This document shows positions 12,686-26,070 of a DNA stretch of 64,000 nucleotides, piece after piece (the first letter of the stretch is position 1; each line of letters starts with the position of its first letter). The notes below the pieces were generated by a model. The model searched no databases. It was not told the origin of the DNA and was given only the letters and a program-made list of their open reading frames with translations. The DNA is from Klebsormidium nitens (Eukaryota; Plantae; Klebsormidiophyceae): contig DF237004.1 of the NCBI GenBank assembly GCA_000708835.1, forward strand, positions 7,480 to 71,479, read 5' to 3'. Both the position numbers and the translations under genes were made by a program.

Positions 12686-14071
12686 GATCAAACTCGAGAC
12701 AATCAGAGGCCTAGGTCGAATAAAGTTCGCACATCCATCCGCCGATCTGCTTCGCTCAGCGGCCATGGGGTCATGGGCACCGCTTGGAAAAAGAGCTTTT
12801 GCGATTTGAGTCTGAGATCCGCCCTGAATTATGGTGCTCAATTGTGTCGTCCTCAGACCCAGTGTTCTCGGAGATAGAGCACCCAACCTTGAGAGAGTCT
12901 GCCGCACTGCATGACCCTCGGGTGTGAGTGAGGCAATCGCACGCGAATATTGTATGTGTTTGGAGTAACGGCGTCGTGCAATCGATGCAGCTGCCTCGTT
13001 CCAAAAGCGCCGCGCGCCCTTGCATGCTGATTGATACCATTGCACAGACATGCGAGCGGCTCTCTTGTTGGTGGATACTTGGGAAAAGGCACTCGACACG
13101 TCTCGACACTTCTTTCCAAACAAAAGTAAGTTCAGGATTGGGAGCACATGCTCCGCCGTTACAATGCACGCACCGCCCCAACTCCTCATGCCTGCAAGAA
13201 GCCTGATACATATGGACCTTGACGTATGCATTTAGAGCTGCAATTCGATCATTCAGGCTTGCTCAGCCTCGAATGACTGAAGCAGCTCTATCATTTGACG
13301 GGAGCTGACCATCATTGCATGCCGGCTGAAGCTCGATATTTATACAGGCTCGCTGTTCTGAATCACCATCTGCATGCCCGGTGGCAGCGTTGATCGAGTG
13401 CTTAATAGCCGCTTTAATGCATCACTAGAACCTAGCCGCCCTAGCTTTTATAGCATCATATACTGGCAGCCGTTCAACTGGCTGGCGGCCAACACAGCGA
13501 GAGCGATCAATCTGCATGTGGCCATTGAATTCAATGTAAGAACTTGCTTAACGGGCAGCTAGGTCCACCGGACTCCTCAATCAAATAGTCGTATACGGTA
13601 TGGCACGCAGCATCGAGAATAAATTGCCGGGGTTCAGGAACTTTGAAGCTCACTTCCATGTGAATGATTCTGCATGACGAACAATATCCAGCCGCCTTCT
13701 ATGTGTTGGAGGTCATGCAGAGCCGGCAGTAAAATCACTCACGTGAGAACGAGTGCACTTTGATATTTGCAGCTTTCACCTGGAATGAGCACTTTAATGA
13801 TGAGTCAATCGTCTTCTCGACCCGGTTGACTGCACTTAGCGGGTCTTTCGAAAATCAAACGTCGCACTTTGAGGCGTTGAGGCACCACGGTCGACGATAA
13901 CCATAACCGAAGCCCGTTTGCAACAGCATTCGCTTCCTTAATTCTGTATGAATTGCATTTCCGTCTTCGTCATCCTCATCACTTTCTGCTGAATACGGGC
14001 AAGCAACAATTCCCCATATCGCAACTCCCGTTGGGCTAATCGTCATGCAGTCTGACGGCAAACGACCCGTT

Positions 14072-17000
14072 TTAAGCGCTGTTGCGGTAGCTGCAGAGTA
14101 CGAATAGCCGCCAGCTTATGATGGCGAGAACGACAACCGCGGCGATCTCAAAGCCAACGACCGACACCCCGTCGGTAACCTTGCCCAGACGGAGGTAGCT
14201 GCAAGTGAAAGAAATTGAGTCAATCATCGCGTTGTCTCTTCTTTGCATGGAAAAGAAGTGGTGAAGCCAGAGCGGATGAGCGGGTGAGCGGATTTCAAAT
14301 CACGAATGACACTACAAGCTGTCCACACGCTTCTATCGAACGACCAGCAGACTCGTCGGTAATATTTGCGCTCCTGCGATAGGTTTCACAGAAGACAGAA
14401 CTGCATTCCGACCAGAAGTGCACCCTACCTGCTGCTTTCAACTGATACTTGTCTTGAAATCGTTCTCATCAAAGCAAGAAGCGCTTCGATTGCATTCTTT
14501 GCAAGCAAATGAAGAGGAAAACAAGCACAAGGGAAAACAATAACAATTACGTCCACTACGGGCTGGTACACTGGCAGAAAGCATTTTTGGGAGAAGGAAT
14601 GGGGGAGCTCTGGGGTGGGCATGGTTACGAGTAATAAATCTTCAACTTCAGGGGATCTACTTAGCTCATCCCCCGAGGGATCCTCAGAGAAGCATTGCAA
14701 CTTGTATCCTTCTCGAGGAAGAAAGTTACCAGTATTAGGGTTCGCTCACCTCAGGACAACAGGCAGCGCAGCGTGCACGCCCGCAAATGTGTACAGAATG
14801 GGCAGCAGGCCGGCGGGCTTGCTTTTCCGGAGCCAGATGAGGGACGCCAGAGCCGCCAACGACAGGTTGAAGACCTGGAGAAGTTTACGGAGCCCGCGGT
14901 CAGCCAATGGCCTAATTGGCAGAGCATCTTTTGACAGTGGATGCTCACTGCTTTGATTGTCACACAGCGTGGCCGAAGCTACCGTTCCAAATGCCTGCGC
15001 AAACTCATCCTGTTAAGTGATCACACACGTGGGCCTGGATCTCCACTCAACGGTCAGCGTATGTCTCCTCGTGAAGTTTTCACCATTCCGGAAAGGTCGG
15101 ACACAAAGGAGCGGCGACAGGGACAGTCCCGGCGGATCGGGGAACAGCATCGCTCAGAATTTTTAAATCTTGCAGCTTCACCAGAGAATGTCTGAGGGCA
15201 ATTATTCGACTTGCAGTCCTCTCCTCGCGTGGGCTTCGTCTTCCTGCGAAGCAACCGCTGATCACTTCACACCCATATCTTAGTCAACACCGGTTGTGGC
15301 AGCCGCTCAAAGGGGTCAAGGGCAACAGCTCACCAGGTTCGCGTTCGCCTCGAAGCCCTGCAGGAGGTCGTCCCAGGAGGACTCCGCCTTGCGTGCGTTC
15401 ACCCACAGGGGGACAGCCCGATGGAGCACGGAGTCGGCAAAGGCCCAACCTAAGAGCGAGGAAGAATAGATGAATGGGTGTGGCTCTCTTTCTCTACCTG
15501 ACAGCCCGCAGGAACCTGCGTCTCTACATTCTAGTGCACACAGAACGAGAAAAGAATTTCGATGACCTTGGAATCCCTCAAGCGCACATGTTGCTTGCCG
15601 AATGGCTTGCTGATGATGGGTGCAGATTACTCCGCGAGCTGGGAAACAGACGCGGAACCGCACGGTTTTCTGATGATAGACCGCCTATGACATGACTCGA
15701 ATAGCACGTAAATCACCCGCTGTCAGGCGGGAAGGGTCGACAGTGTCACTCCTCATCGGTCTCGCTTCTAGATGGCCGTCTGTTCTTAGCTTCCAGCAAT
15801 CCGTGTTGTCCATGTATGGACTGAACCCACTTAGATTCGACCATATCTGAATGGCCCCACTGGGAAATGCATCCAACGACACAGACAAGACACCTGAGGC
15901 GATACTCGCAAAACCTGTCGTAGGGGCTCTCTCATCGGTCGAATGTACCTCAAGCATCAAACGGTTAGCTGACACACTGGCAGTCTGCGAGATCTTTTTG
16001 ATGGTTTTGCGCATTGGAGTGTTTCTAACCTAAGCCGACCGCCTGGAACTTGTGGTTCTGGGAGATGTTGCGGTACTGAAGCTGCGTCAGAGCAAAGTAG
16101 ATGCCAACGATGTCCAGAAAGCCAATCAGGCCCTTGAGGATCTCCTGCAGCACACAGGCGACGGAAAGTGGAGGTCAGGTTTCGAGAGAGGCTCTTTCAG
16201 AGCTTGTGTCAGAAAGTCTACCACAGCATGTGAGACGGTGTGAACCATGTCACGAATAAGCTATGACCATATAGAGACCAGATGACAGCAGAGAAGTTGA
16301 TATGATGGCCGTTCAGAGAAGGGATCGGTGAAGGGAGGAAAGGGGGCGTTTGGGGGTTTACCTGGTTGAGATCGAAAACGTCTGCATCTTGAACTCGTAG
16401 GAACGTGGCTTGGCAGATGAGCTGCGAGGAAGAACAAGTGTTAGAATGGAGGAAAAGCAAGTAGTCCAGTTAAAAAGGGGGCACAAAATCGCAAAGGGGG
16501 GGTGCCAGATATTTTGAGGAGAACTCTTGGATGGATTGTAGCCTACCGTGTCTTATAAGTCAGCGAGAGAAGTCGCTTGATCGATGATCTGCAGTTGTCC
16601 AGGGATTCTCAAGTCTGAGTCTAGTTCAGAACGTGGCACGTAGCGTCTGAGTATGTTGTGATCCAACAATAGCAGGACGGCATGTTATCTGACTGCCAAT
16701 AAACGAGTAGCCCAAGACAGTGGTCAATCTCAGATCTACACCCAGAACATCTGGTCGGAAGCAATGTGGTGGTAGAAGTCGATACTCAAAACTGGCCCCA
16801 AAAAGCGGGGGTGGCTTACTTTTAGAAGGGCGGTGGCGATGTAAACTGCCGCTGCTTTTGCGCTTGTCGTGAAGGTGTCGTAGTCGGACCTGGCAGAAAA
16901 AACACGGCGAATGTTTAAGGACCAAGCAAGTCACAGACACAGAGTATGTCCGCTACTTCTCTCGATCAGTAACTTAAGGCCAGAACCCATGATTATTCTC

Positions 17001-17277
17001 AGTATCAATTGATCATTCTGCTCCATCAACTCTTCACCTACCAAATGATCAGGTCCATGGCTCACGCTACGGTATTATAGCATACATACATTATGGAAGT
17101 CTAAGCGGAGGGTTGAAGTTTTGTTGCATTGTCAGCACAGATTTGAGAGGCATGACGCATCAACTGTGTCACAAAGCTCAACGGCATCTGGTCAACTCAC
17201 AGTGGTGTGGCCTTGTAGTATATGAAGTGCGGCAGGAAGGTGAGCGCCGAGCAGTTGATGAAATGAAAGAACGTCAT
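14072..17277 (-). CDS. TMEM147: Transmembrane protein 147 (BOS/multipass translocon component), 7 coding exons, ~229 aa
   Basis: Exons 17277-17201, 16889-16820, 16421-16362, 16144-16030, 15449-15334, 14874-14750, 14198-14072 with consistent phases. Peptides MTFFHFINCSALTFLPH, RNISQNHKFQAVGLGWAFADSVLHR, QGFEANANL, LIWLRKSKP match plant TMEM147. A probable 5'UTR intron spans 17676-17287. Confidence 0.93.
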
Positions 17278-17864
17278 TGCCCTGGTCTGATTCTATGGAA
17301 GGCAATGGGGTATGAGCTTTCCACAGGGGAGACCCCTTTCTTCTAATGCGAGACTGTCAGCTTTTGAAGCTCATCAAGCCTATTGCAGCGTCGTTTCTTC
17401 TTGGGAGGCGCCACGCCTTTTGACGCAATTGCCTACCGTCAGCGGGGCAGGAATGCGTGCTATCCTACACAAGAAAGCCTGCTCGGACAAGGAAGATGTG
17501 CATCGACTTTGATGGCCCTTTGGCGTTGGTACTGTAGCCGAGCTACTTCAGCAATGCTTGAATGGAGGATTCTGATCAGCACCACTGCAAAACTGGCCAG
17601 TTCTAGTGCCGGTATAGGCCAGTCGAGTTTGCCGCAGGTTAAATCGGGTTAGCAACCCCAAATGGCACTGACTTACCACAGGCCGACTGGAAGCGGTTCT
17701 ACATAGTGAATGCAGTGTTACCTGAACCAAGTATTGGGTTTGACCGGAACCAGCAACGAGGGAAAGAGAAGGGTGCATGTGGAATCTCGATCTTGGCAAG
17801 CAGAAGAATCTTGATTCCTTTCTTCACAGCAGAGCGCGTACTTTTGTCCTTCTCGCCTACCACC

Positions 17865-20800
17865 ATGGCCAGCTTCAAGGATCTCTCCTCCGACGCCGGG
17901 TTGAAGGAGCTGGACACGTACCTTGCTCCCAAGAGCTACATCACTGGGTGGGTTTTCTTCCTGTGGCCGAAAAATGCGGGGATCGAGATGGTCGGCGCAC
18001 GTTTTGGCGTCCCGTTCTGTCAATTCACCAGACTGCGGGTTTTGAGTGCATTTTGGAAGGACGGCAAGGGTCGCGAATTTGCTTGTTGGAGTTTGTCAAA
18101 GGAAATTTGTCAAATCATTGACGATCACAGTTTTTGCGGATATGCATTACATCCTGGTTGTCTATGCAAGTTCCTCAGCATGTGGACAATCTGGCAATTT
18201 GCCACTAATGGCAATCTGATAAATTGAAGCTCTGGTCTTGAGCAACCAGGCTTCCTGTCTTTAACTTTGTAGTGCTCCTGATTTGCAGGTATCAGGCATC
18301 TCGCGATGACCTGGCCGTGTATGCTGCCCTCTCCGCCGCTCCCGATGCATCGAAGTATGTCAACGCCGCTCGGTGGTACTCCCACATCACTGCCCTGCTG
18401 GGCCACAAGTGAGTGCACCGTTACCATCTTCTCTTGTACCGTATCCCCTGTGAGCATGAATTGGACTTCTTTGAACTTGTACTGCATTATCAGCACATTA
18501 AGAAGGTGCAATTATCTGCATCCGTTACCAGCATGGCACTTTGATGAATCTGTTGCATCGGAAGGTGCGCTTTAATCTCGTTCGTATCCTAGTAACGCCA
18601 AATGGGCATTGTTCAGCTGTGTATCATCAGATTCCAAAGAAGTCATCAGATTCCGAAGAAGTTTTACTGCACACTGGCCTGGAGGTTGGGATCGGTGTAG
18701 TAGGATGGATCCACAGCACCTAGTCAAATAGAAAACTCGAAATGATCAATTGCGATGACATGGCACAGCCATCTTCGGGGAGGCCTGGTATTCCTACCAA
18801 ACTGAGCCCTTGGTATGCATTGGCACAACCATCCAAGAAACACAAAGTGCTTTTCATTAATGCATTTGCAAGAGCGATGCTGAAAGTATTTGCCAGCAGA
18901 GACCGTGTGTGCAAACCTGATTATCTTGCACCAGGATTGAACTTTCAAATTACTAAATGTGCAGCTTCACCGGTGCTGCCACTGGTGTGAGCATTGGTGG
19001 ATCTAGCGCGGCCCCGGCCGCAAAGGCCTCGGCCCCCGCCGCCTCTGCTCCCGCCCCCAAGACCCCTGCTCCTGCTGCCCCCAAGGCAGCCGCCCCTGCT
19101 GCTGTAAGGCTCGCTTCGTATTGTCTGGGTATAGAAGCTGAAGTTCCTTTCCTTGCCCTCACTGGGTTGAAATGCCGAAGTTCCTTTGCATTGACCTCAC
19201 GAAATATCATCCATGTTTTGTTGGTGGAATGCTTTCAGGAATTTTTGAGTTCATTTTGTGGGACAGACATTCGTGATAGGTTCGATGATGTAGTTGTCCT
19301 TCTTATGATCTGAGCGCAGCTGAGCACTTTTGAGTAGACCAAGGTTGCTCTTTGGCGAGCGTAATCTGGCACAAACATCCCGAGTCCTGAAGGATGCGAA
19401 CAAGTCTCTTGCGGACAAGTGTATCACTTTTCTAGTTGCAACTAGAGTTTTTATTACTTTTCTGGTACCCTACGCCCTCAATAAGCCGGCAGACAGAAAG
19501 GTGTACGCCGTTGAACTGACACTGCGACTATGAGGGCGCAAAGTGACATAGGGGCTGTCTGCCTGTCTTGACTTCTGAAGGAACGGGCCTGAGCTTCCTG
19601 AACATCTATCACCAATTCAATCTTCTCTGGAGTCATTTGTCACACTGTCATCATGCAGAACCGACATCCCTGATCATAGATTTGAGATCTATTTTCGGTT
19701 TGAGCCTCCGTTTCTTTAGGTCTTCAGAATCAGTCAACACATCCCCAATTAAATACATCACTCAAGGGCTCTCAATCAAGTCCTTCTTGACTCTCTCAAC
19801 AGGACGATGATGATGATGATGACGATGACGATGTCGACCTCTTCGGTGAGGAGACGGAGGAGGAGAAGAAGGCCAAGGCTGACCGGGAAGCGGCAGCCAA
19901 GGCATCCGGCAAGAAGAAGGGTGAGTGGAACAGCACACTTCAGCCCGTGGGCCTATTACAGCGCCACCAGGACCCTTCCATTGAACATCTTGTTGTCTGT
20001 GAATTATGGGAAGGGGCTTCAGAGTGTTATGGGTGTTCTTTGCTGACCGCAAAGGTTCGGGTATGAAAGAGATGACCGGAATCTTAAACTTGTGCATCTG
20101 CGTGGGGGCCTGGCTCCCAGTTGCATCGCATTGCTCCTCGTCTTCCTGAGCATAGTTGCCGGGCTTTTCTGTGTCTCGCTGCTTCCCGTGGAAAGTGGCT
20201 TGAACTTACGCTTCCTCGATTGCCTCAGCTTTCAAGTATGTCAGTACCAAACTTCTAGCCGCGTTTTCGCTGCAAAAACCTTTGCCAAAAGGTAGGTGTT
20301 GGAGCTGAGCGCTTTTGTAAACAATACATCTTCAGGTCGGATGAGCTGACCGTTAGACCTGCTGCTTGTTTGGTGCAGTCATCGGCAAGTCGTCTATTTT
20401 GCTGGACGTCAAGCCGTGGGACGATGAGACCGACATGAAGAAGCTGGAGGCCGCAGTCCGGGCGGTGAAGAAGGACGGCCTCGTCTGGGGAGGATGTAAG
20501 TGCCAAAATGCTGCTCTGGTTCCTTACTTGTTCGAATCATGGATGTCTCTCGTTATGCGATTGGCATGATGGTATGCAAGTTTCTGCATCCAAGCAAATG
20601 CGTTCAGACAGCCCTGTCATTTTGACCAGCCAACGGGTTCCAATCATGTTGCTTTTGTCAACTTGCTGAGAGTTTTCATGGCCGATGGAAGAGCCACTTA
20701 AGCAACGTAACACGGAGGGTAGAAGTTTAATTTCTTGTCGCACCTCTTCCCGCTGAAGTCTGTCTCCGTTTAGGCCGACTCGCATGACTTAATCTTCTAC

Positions 20801-21783
20801 TGCTGTTGAGGTTATGTGGTGCTGTCAAATAAAGGTGGCTCTGAGCCATCTTCTGAACTTGCACTCGAGGGTTCCCAGGATGCTTGGCAACGTTTTCAAT
20901 CAGCGTGTTTCGGCAGTGGATTAGCTTTCCGGTTCCCCACAATGTGAGCGCAAGCTTGTGTTTGCTATTAAAACAGACGCTCATTGTTTGCCTTTCGAAG
21001 AAGAAAGAGGACGGAGGTCTTTCGTCGGATTGATTGTCCTATCGCGAGAACCCAACAGCACATTCTGGAGGTCGTAACCCGCTATCTTTACCAGCACGTT
21101 TATTGACCACCCATGTTCCATGTCGTTTGTCCAGCCAAGCTGCTCCCCGTTGGCTACGGCATCAACAAGCTGAACATTCTGATGACGATCGAGGACGAGA
21201 AGGTGTCCATCGACGAGCTCATCGAGGATGACCTGTGCGGCGGAGAGGAGACCAAGGAGTACGTCCAGTCCTGCGACATCGTCGCCTTCAACAAGATCTG
21301 TGAGTACATACTACACCCCAACCTTTCTGAAACACTAAGTTGGTTCACAGTGGATTTGGTGCACGGGGTTTTGGTATACGCTTCAGATTATTGGAGGTGG
21401 ATGTAGGATGATTTGAATCCAACGAGACCAGTATCGACGGAACTGGGCGCCACATCTTTCGTGATTTATAGTGGCCAACATCTATATTTTATCAATCATG
21501 GTCGGCATGCGTAAGAGTGCTGGCAAATGTCATCTGTTTTCCAAGTCCCTTTGGACACGTGTTCCATTATTGTTCGTCTTCCTGTTCCCACTACGATGTG
21601 GAGGGCTCCTCTTTTTGTCTGCTTTGCTTAGCGTGGTGCAGGATGACTGGACGTCGATGATTGGTCGTCATGTCAGGAAGGCGCGGGGAGGTTCCTCCCT
21701 TTCCGGGCTGCTCTTTCCTGCTTGCCCGCAGTTCTTTTTCAACGTTATCAAATGCGTTCTAACGGCCGCCATTCTGTGCAGAA
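17865..21783 (+). CDS. EEF1B: Translation elongation factor 1-beta/delta (eEF1B guanine nucleotide exchange subunit)
   Basis: Exons 17865-17947, 18289-18408, 18965-19103, 19803-19920, 20379-20495, 21135-21299, plus a probable stop split across an intron (T|AA, 21782-21783). Motifs [55 protein letters not shown]. Confidence 0.93.
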
Positions 21784-23258
21784 ATACGTCCAAGAAACGG
21801 ACAGGCTCTGTCAAGCATCCGTGCGGTTTTGTTTATGAGGAGCTGCTTATTCCAAGCGCAAGGCGGGTTTGCAGAATAAAGAGTTGACTGTGCATCAAAC
21901 ACGGACGCGTCATGCCAAGCGTGTAAGCTGATTGACGTGAATGCCGAGGAACGTCGAGTTTTGTCCAGCCAATAGGTTGGTCACATTCCAAGTTTTGCGG
22001 CACAAATCCATGCTTCATGTCAAGCATGCAACTATGGGTAGCCATTGAGTAATTGCGTTGGGGCAGCTGCACCCAGTGACTACGATGGGCTCTTCAATCC
22101 TGATTGCGAGTGCATCAAAATTACAAATTATTTTGAGTCCTTCTACTGAGTTAGTCGGCCATAAGGAATCACATGACGTGCGCTCATTGATGGCCTGATG
22201 GTAGTAGTAGTATATCAACAAGTCTGGTATGTTCATGATAGTTTATGCGCTGTACATACGAATTCGTATATCTCATGCACATGTGAACGGTGTCATTTGA
22301 CAGTTCGAGACATGGTCGAGCTCCTACAGCAGGCCGGAGCCAATCTACCTCTAAAGCAAGCATCGTGTGAATATTTGTCGCAAAGAACCGGGTCATGACA
22401 GTAGTATCGATCAAAATCAATCAAGGTATGGTATATGTAGAGTTTACTCTAGTACGAAACCCTGCGCGCGCCGGCCGGAAAAGGAAAGTCGATCAAAAAT
22501 GCAACATGCACTGGCCTAAAAAGATGATTAAGCATCTAACTGCATGCCAAGCACACCAACGGCATCAGGATATTGGCTTGCCTCTCTTTTACGAAGTAAA
22601 ATAGCAAGCTATTGCATTCGGGGCAACCGCGTGTCGGGCGACACTGTACGACGTGGCTCTGCGGAAGATAAGCATGTCCAGACTGGTGGTATTTCAACAT
22701 GCGTGGTGTTCGATACGAAAACGTACGCAGAATCCCCCTAAGGGAGGCGTCATTTTGAAGCCGTACCCCCCGTATTAACTGCTGTGGGGGGGGAGCCTAA
22801 AGCATCGGGTCAATGTTGAGGGTCGGAAGGGGGGGGAACCTACCAACTATGTGGCTGCGAAGCGGCCACATGGGGGGGGAACCCAAGCAGAAATGCAGCG
22901 GACCAGCATATGGAGGGGGGACTTGAGGCCTTCAGAGGCCTACTAACGCTGATGGGGGGGGGACTTGAAGAATTGGGACGGCCTGGACGGCGGCTGGCCC
23001 GCCCGGCCTGCCGGGCCGGCCGCAAACCCTTAAAGCCGCGGCCGGCCTATACTAGGATAAATGCCGCGCGTCCGATCGCGCACTTTCAATCAGCCCGAGC
23101 ACTCAGCTGCAGCATGCATGTACCGGCAGTGTCGAGTCTACAAGCTTGAAGTTGAAGTTGAAGACGGATCCGCACTGGCATTGTGCACCTTGCTGGCTGA
23201 GCAAGTCTTCCTGTAGTTGCTTTGAGGTGTACTTGCTGTAGCTTGGAACTGGGCAGCC

Positions 23259-26070
23259 ATGAAGAAAGCGTCAAATACGTTGCATGACTTCCTGAGCAAG
23301 CCCCAAGCAGGGCTGCAAACTGGTGGGAAGGGGGCAGGTGCTGGTAAAGACCGAGCACCCACTTACTTGGGCAAGGTCAATCTGAGCTGCCTAAGTGCAT
23401 CCGGGAAGAAGCCTGCAGCTCTTACAACCCTCTGTCCAACAAGGAAGCCTGACATCCCGCGCAGTGAGTCAGAGTTGGAGAAGCTGTTCCATGAAGCTCG
23501 CGACCAGCCCAACGCTCGCAAGACAGGTTCAAATGAGCTTAGGCATTTGCTGGCAACCTTTGTTACATGGGAAGAAGCCCTGCGCAAGGTAAAGGAGGAG
23601 CTGAAGCGCCGTACGGCTGAAGAGAAGAAGTGGAAGGCGGGTGCGCTGGAGCTGACCCCTGGGCTGTGGTGGAGCATGGCTGCCAACCGCAGAGCTGTAT
23701 CAACGTGGGAAGCAGAACTCACCAACCGGAAGGATCAGTACCAGAGGTATCTCCAGGAGTTGTACGACTCTGTCCTGGAGGAGCTTAACGCGGGAGCTGA
23801 CATGATCAAGTACAAGTGCACTTTGTCAGCTCGGTGAGTAACTTGCCAATCTCGCACACAACCTGGTAATGGTTAGCAGGTTGACTTCTGATCAGATGAC
23901 GCAGTTCTCTTCTTTGGATTCTGATACAACAGTTGGCAATATCACTTCATGACTGAACACTGTTTACAGTACCTAGTAGGACATGCATGAGAATCTGATC
24001 CGTGGTCAGTGCCACTCTGTTTCTTGGTGCTACTTGAAGACAAGGTTGCTTTCAGATTTTGAGGACGTTCAATTGCTTTCGGCCTGTCCCATATAATAGT
24101 TGCACATAGTCTAAAGGTGCTTCTTTTTGTGCAACATCCAGAATGTACAGGGACCAGATGTCATTTGCAATGTTCATTGCTTCAAAAGTGCCAAGGCAGC
24201 CAGCCTTTCATTTGAGCTTTCAAACTGATACAATTACATTGCTGCTTTTTGCAGGAGTATTCCGGCCTTTGTCAAGCAGAAGAGTCTGATTGACAAACAG
24301 CTGGACGATCTCCAGTCCTGGATCCGTCAGATGCAGCGCGACGAGAGCCGGTACTTGAAGGACAAGATGGCAAAGCGGAAGCTTGATGGGGTTTCGGTGG
24401 AGGGGGCTGTAGACGCTCCTGATCAGAAGAGGCTGCGAGCGCTTGAGAACTTCAAGGGGAAGTCGAGCAAGGGTCAGCTTGACATGGGCAAGGGCGAGAT
24501 TCTGATCCTCCTTCCTGAGCAGGATGAAGCGGTTGTCGCAAAGGGGTGGTATCGGGTGCAAAACGAGGAGGGTGCAGAGGGGCTTGCGCCGGTGGCCTGG
24601 TTGAAGGAGAGGAGTCCTTCCCCGCCTCGACGAGCCGCCAGCCCTGAGGCTGGTGACAGAGAAGGGAGTGTCAGTACGGCGCCTGCGCTGGCCCCCGGGA
24701 GCAGCCCCCCCCGCACGCAGGTTGGTCCTACAGAGGTACTCACTCCCACGTCCCGTCCAGTTTCACAGACCCCGTCAGGAGGGGTGGCTGTGAGTGAGAA
24801 GCCGGAGGGGGATTGGGAAATGGCTGGTACGGAGGCTGCAGAGGTCGAGAGACAGCGAGAAGCTGAGTCTGGCAGTCCCCGCGCTGACAGTGAACCGCAA
24901 TCCGGGAGCTTAAAGCTTCAGTTCTCGGAGAAGTCTTTATGAAGCCAGGAAGCCGCTGCCGGGGGAGGAGGCGGCTTGGGGAACGGGGAGGGTGGCGGCT
25001 TGGTTTTGAGAGAAGGGGGCGCATGTGGGGGCGCCAATCTGAGCGGAAGAGGCAGTGACTGCGCAGAAGCCAGCGCAGATGCTGAAGACTCCGCTGCAGA
25101 GAGTGAGGGCGAGGAGAGGACGGCGAAAGAGTCGGATGGTTCTTGGCTGGGGGTGCGGATTGTCCAATTGAGCAAAGGTTTGTTTGCGTCCTCAGCTCCT
25201 ATGGAGTGGGCGCAAGCAAAAGTCCTGCTTCGCAAGGCAATCAGTGATCCCAAGTTCAAGAGGCAAAGCTGGTGGAAGAGTTGTCGGCTGGTTAACATGA
25301 AAGGGGCGCTGGCAGCGATGGAGAGGGTTGATGGGTCAGATTCGGCAACGTTGGAGCTTTGGGAAGCATGGCATTGCTTGCAGTCGGTGGAGGGGTCAAA
25401 CAGAAGCGACTTTCAGAAAAATGCCCGAGCAAATTGCTGGAGAGCCTTGCTTTCCGTCGCCCCCTTCGTCGCCATTGTCATCGCTAGCAGTGACGACACC
25501 AGCTCGCATAGGACAATTCTCTTGCCTCGCAGCGGCGAGGTGGAGGTTTTTAGGGAGTTGCAGCAACATTTCAGGACTTCAGTAGAGCTTGATACCGCAG
25601 GAAGGTTGGCTAAGATTGCGGGTCTGCCGTTGAAAGATCTCCAACTCTTAGCAGGGTCAACGCAAGCCTCGAAAGTTTTGGACTACGCTCTAGGATTGGT
25701 TGTAGGAAAGAAGCAATTAGCCAGGCAGGTTGATGGGGTCAGTCTTCGTACGCTGCGTTCGCACACCAGGCAGACAGAGAGCGCTCTCGATGCCATGCCC
25801 AGCATCCTCAAAGAGGTAGTTGACGAGGTCAGCGGCGAGCGAGAGAGATTCATGGAGGTAGCGGAAAAAGCTGCTGCACGCGCACTAGACGCGCAGGATC
25901 AGGGAAGGGGTGTTCCTGCTGAACTTCTTGAAACAGCGGCGTTCGTAGCACAGCGGAAAGGGGAGATCAGAGAAGTTGGAAGCAAGGCATGGAGGGCGCT
26001 GGTGAGGAGGCGATTCAAGAAGCGTTTGGAGAACACCCCAGAGCTGAGGCATGTGGCACGGGGCCACCAG
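23259..26070 (+). CDS. Transposon ORF1: coiled-coil region, SH3-like domain, low-complexity linker and helical domain; one in-frame TGA
   Basis: Exon 23259-23833 (cg|gtgagt) joins exon 24255-26070 (tttgcag|g ... cag|gtaagt). The second exon is one reading frame of 605 codons broken only by TGA at 24940-24942. SH3-like segment at 24427-24612. Confidence 0.65.

Noticed and set aside
13855-14061. Acidic-looking ORF just downstream of TMEM147
   Set aside because: Lies in the probable 3'UTR, has no true ATG start at the called position and no recognisable family.
14695-15195. Plus-strand ORF pair that looked like a pseudogene with one stop
   Set aside because: Partly the antisense shadow of TMEM147 exon 6; the rest is TMEM147 intron.
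24940-24942. Selenocysteine recoding of the transposon TGA
   Set aside because: No redox motif context and no SECIS recognised; a nonsense mutation is simpler.
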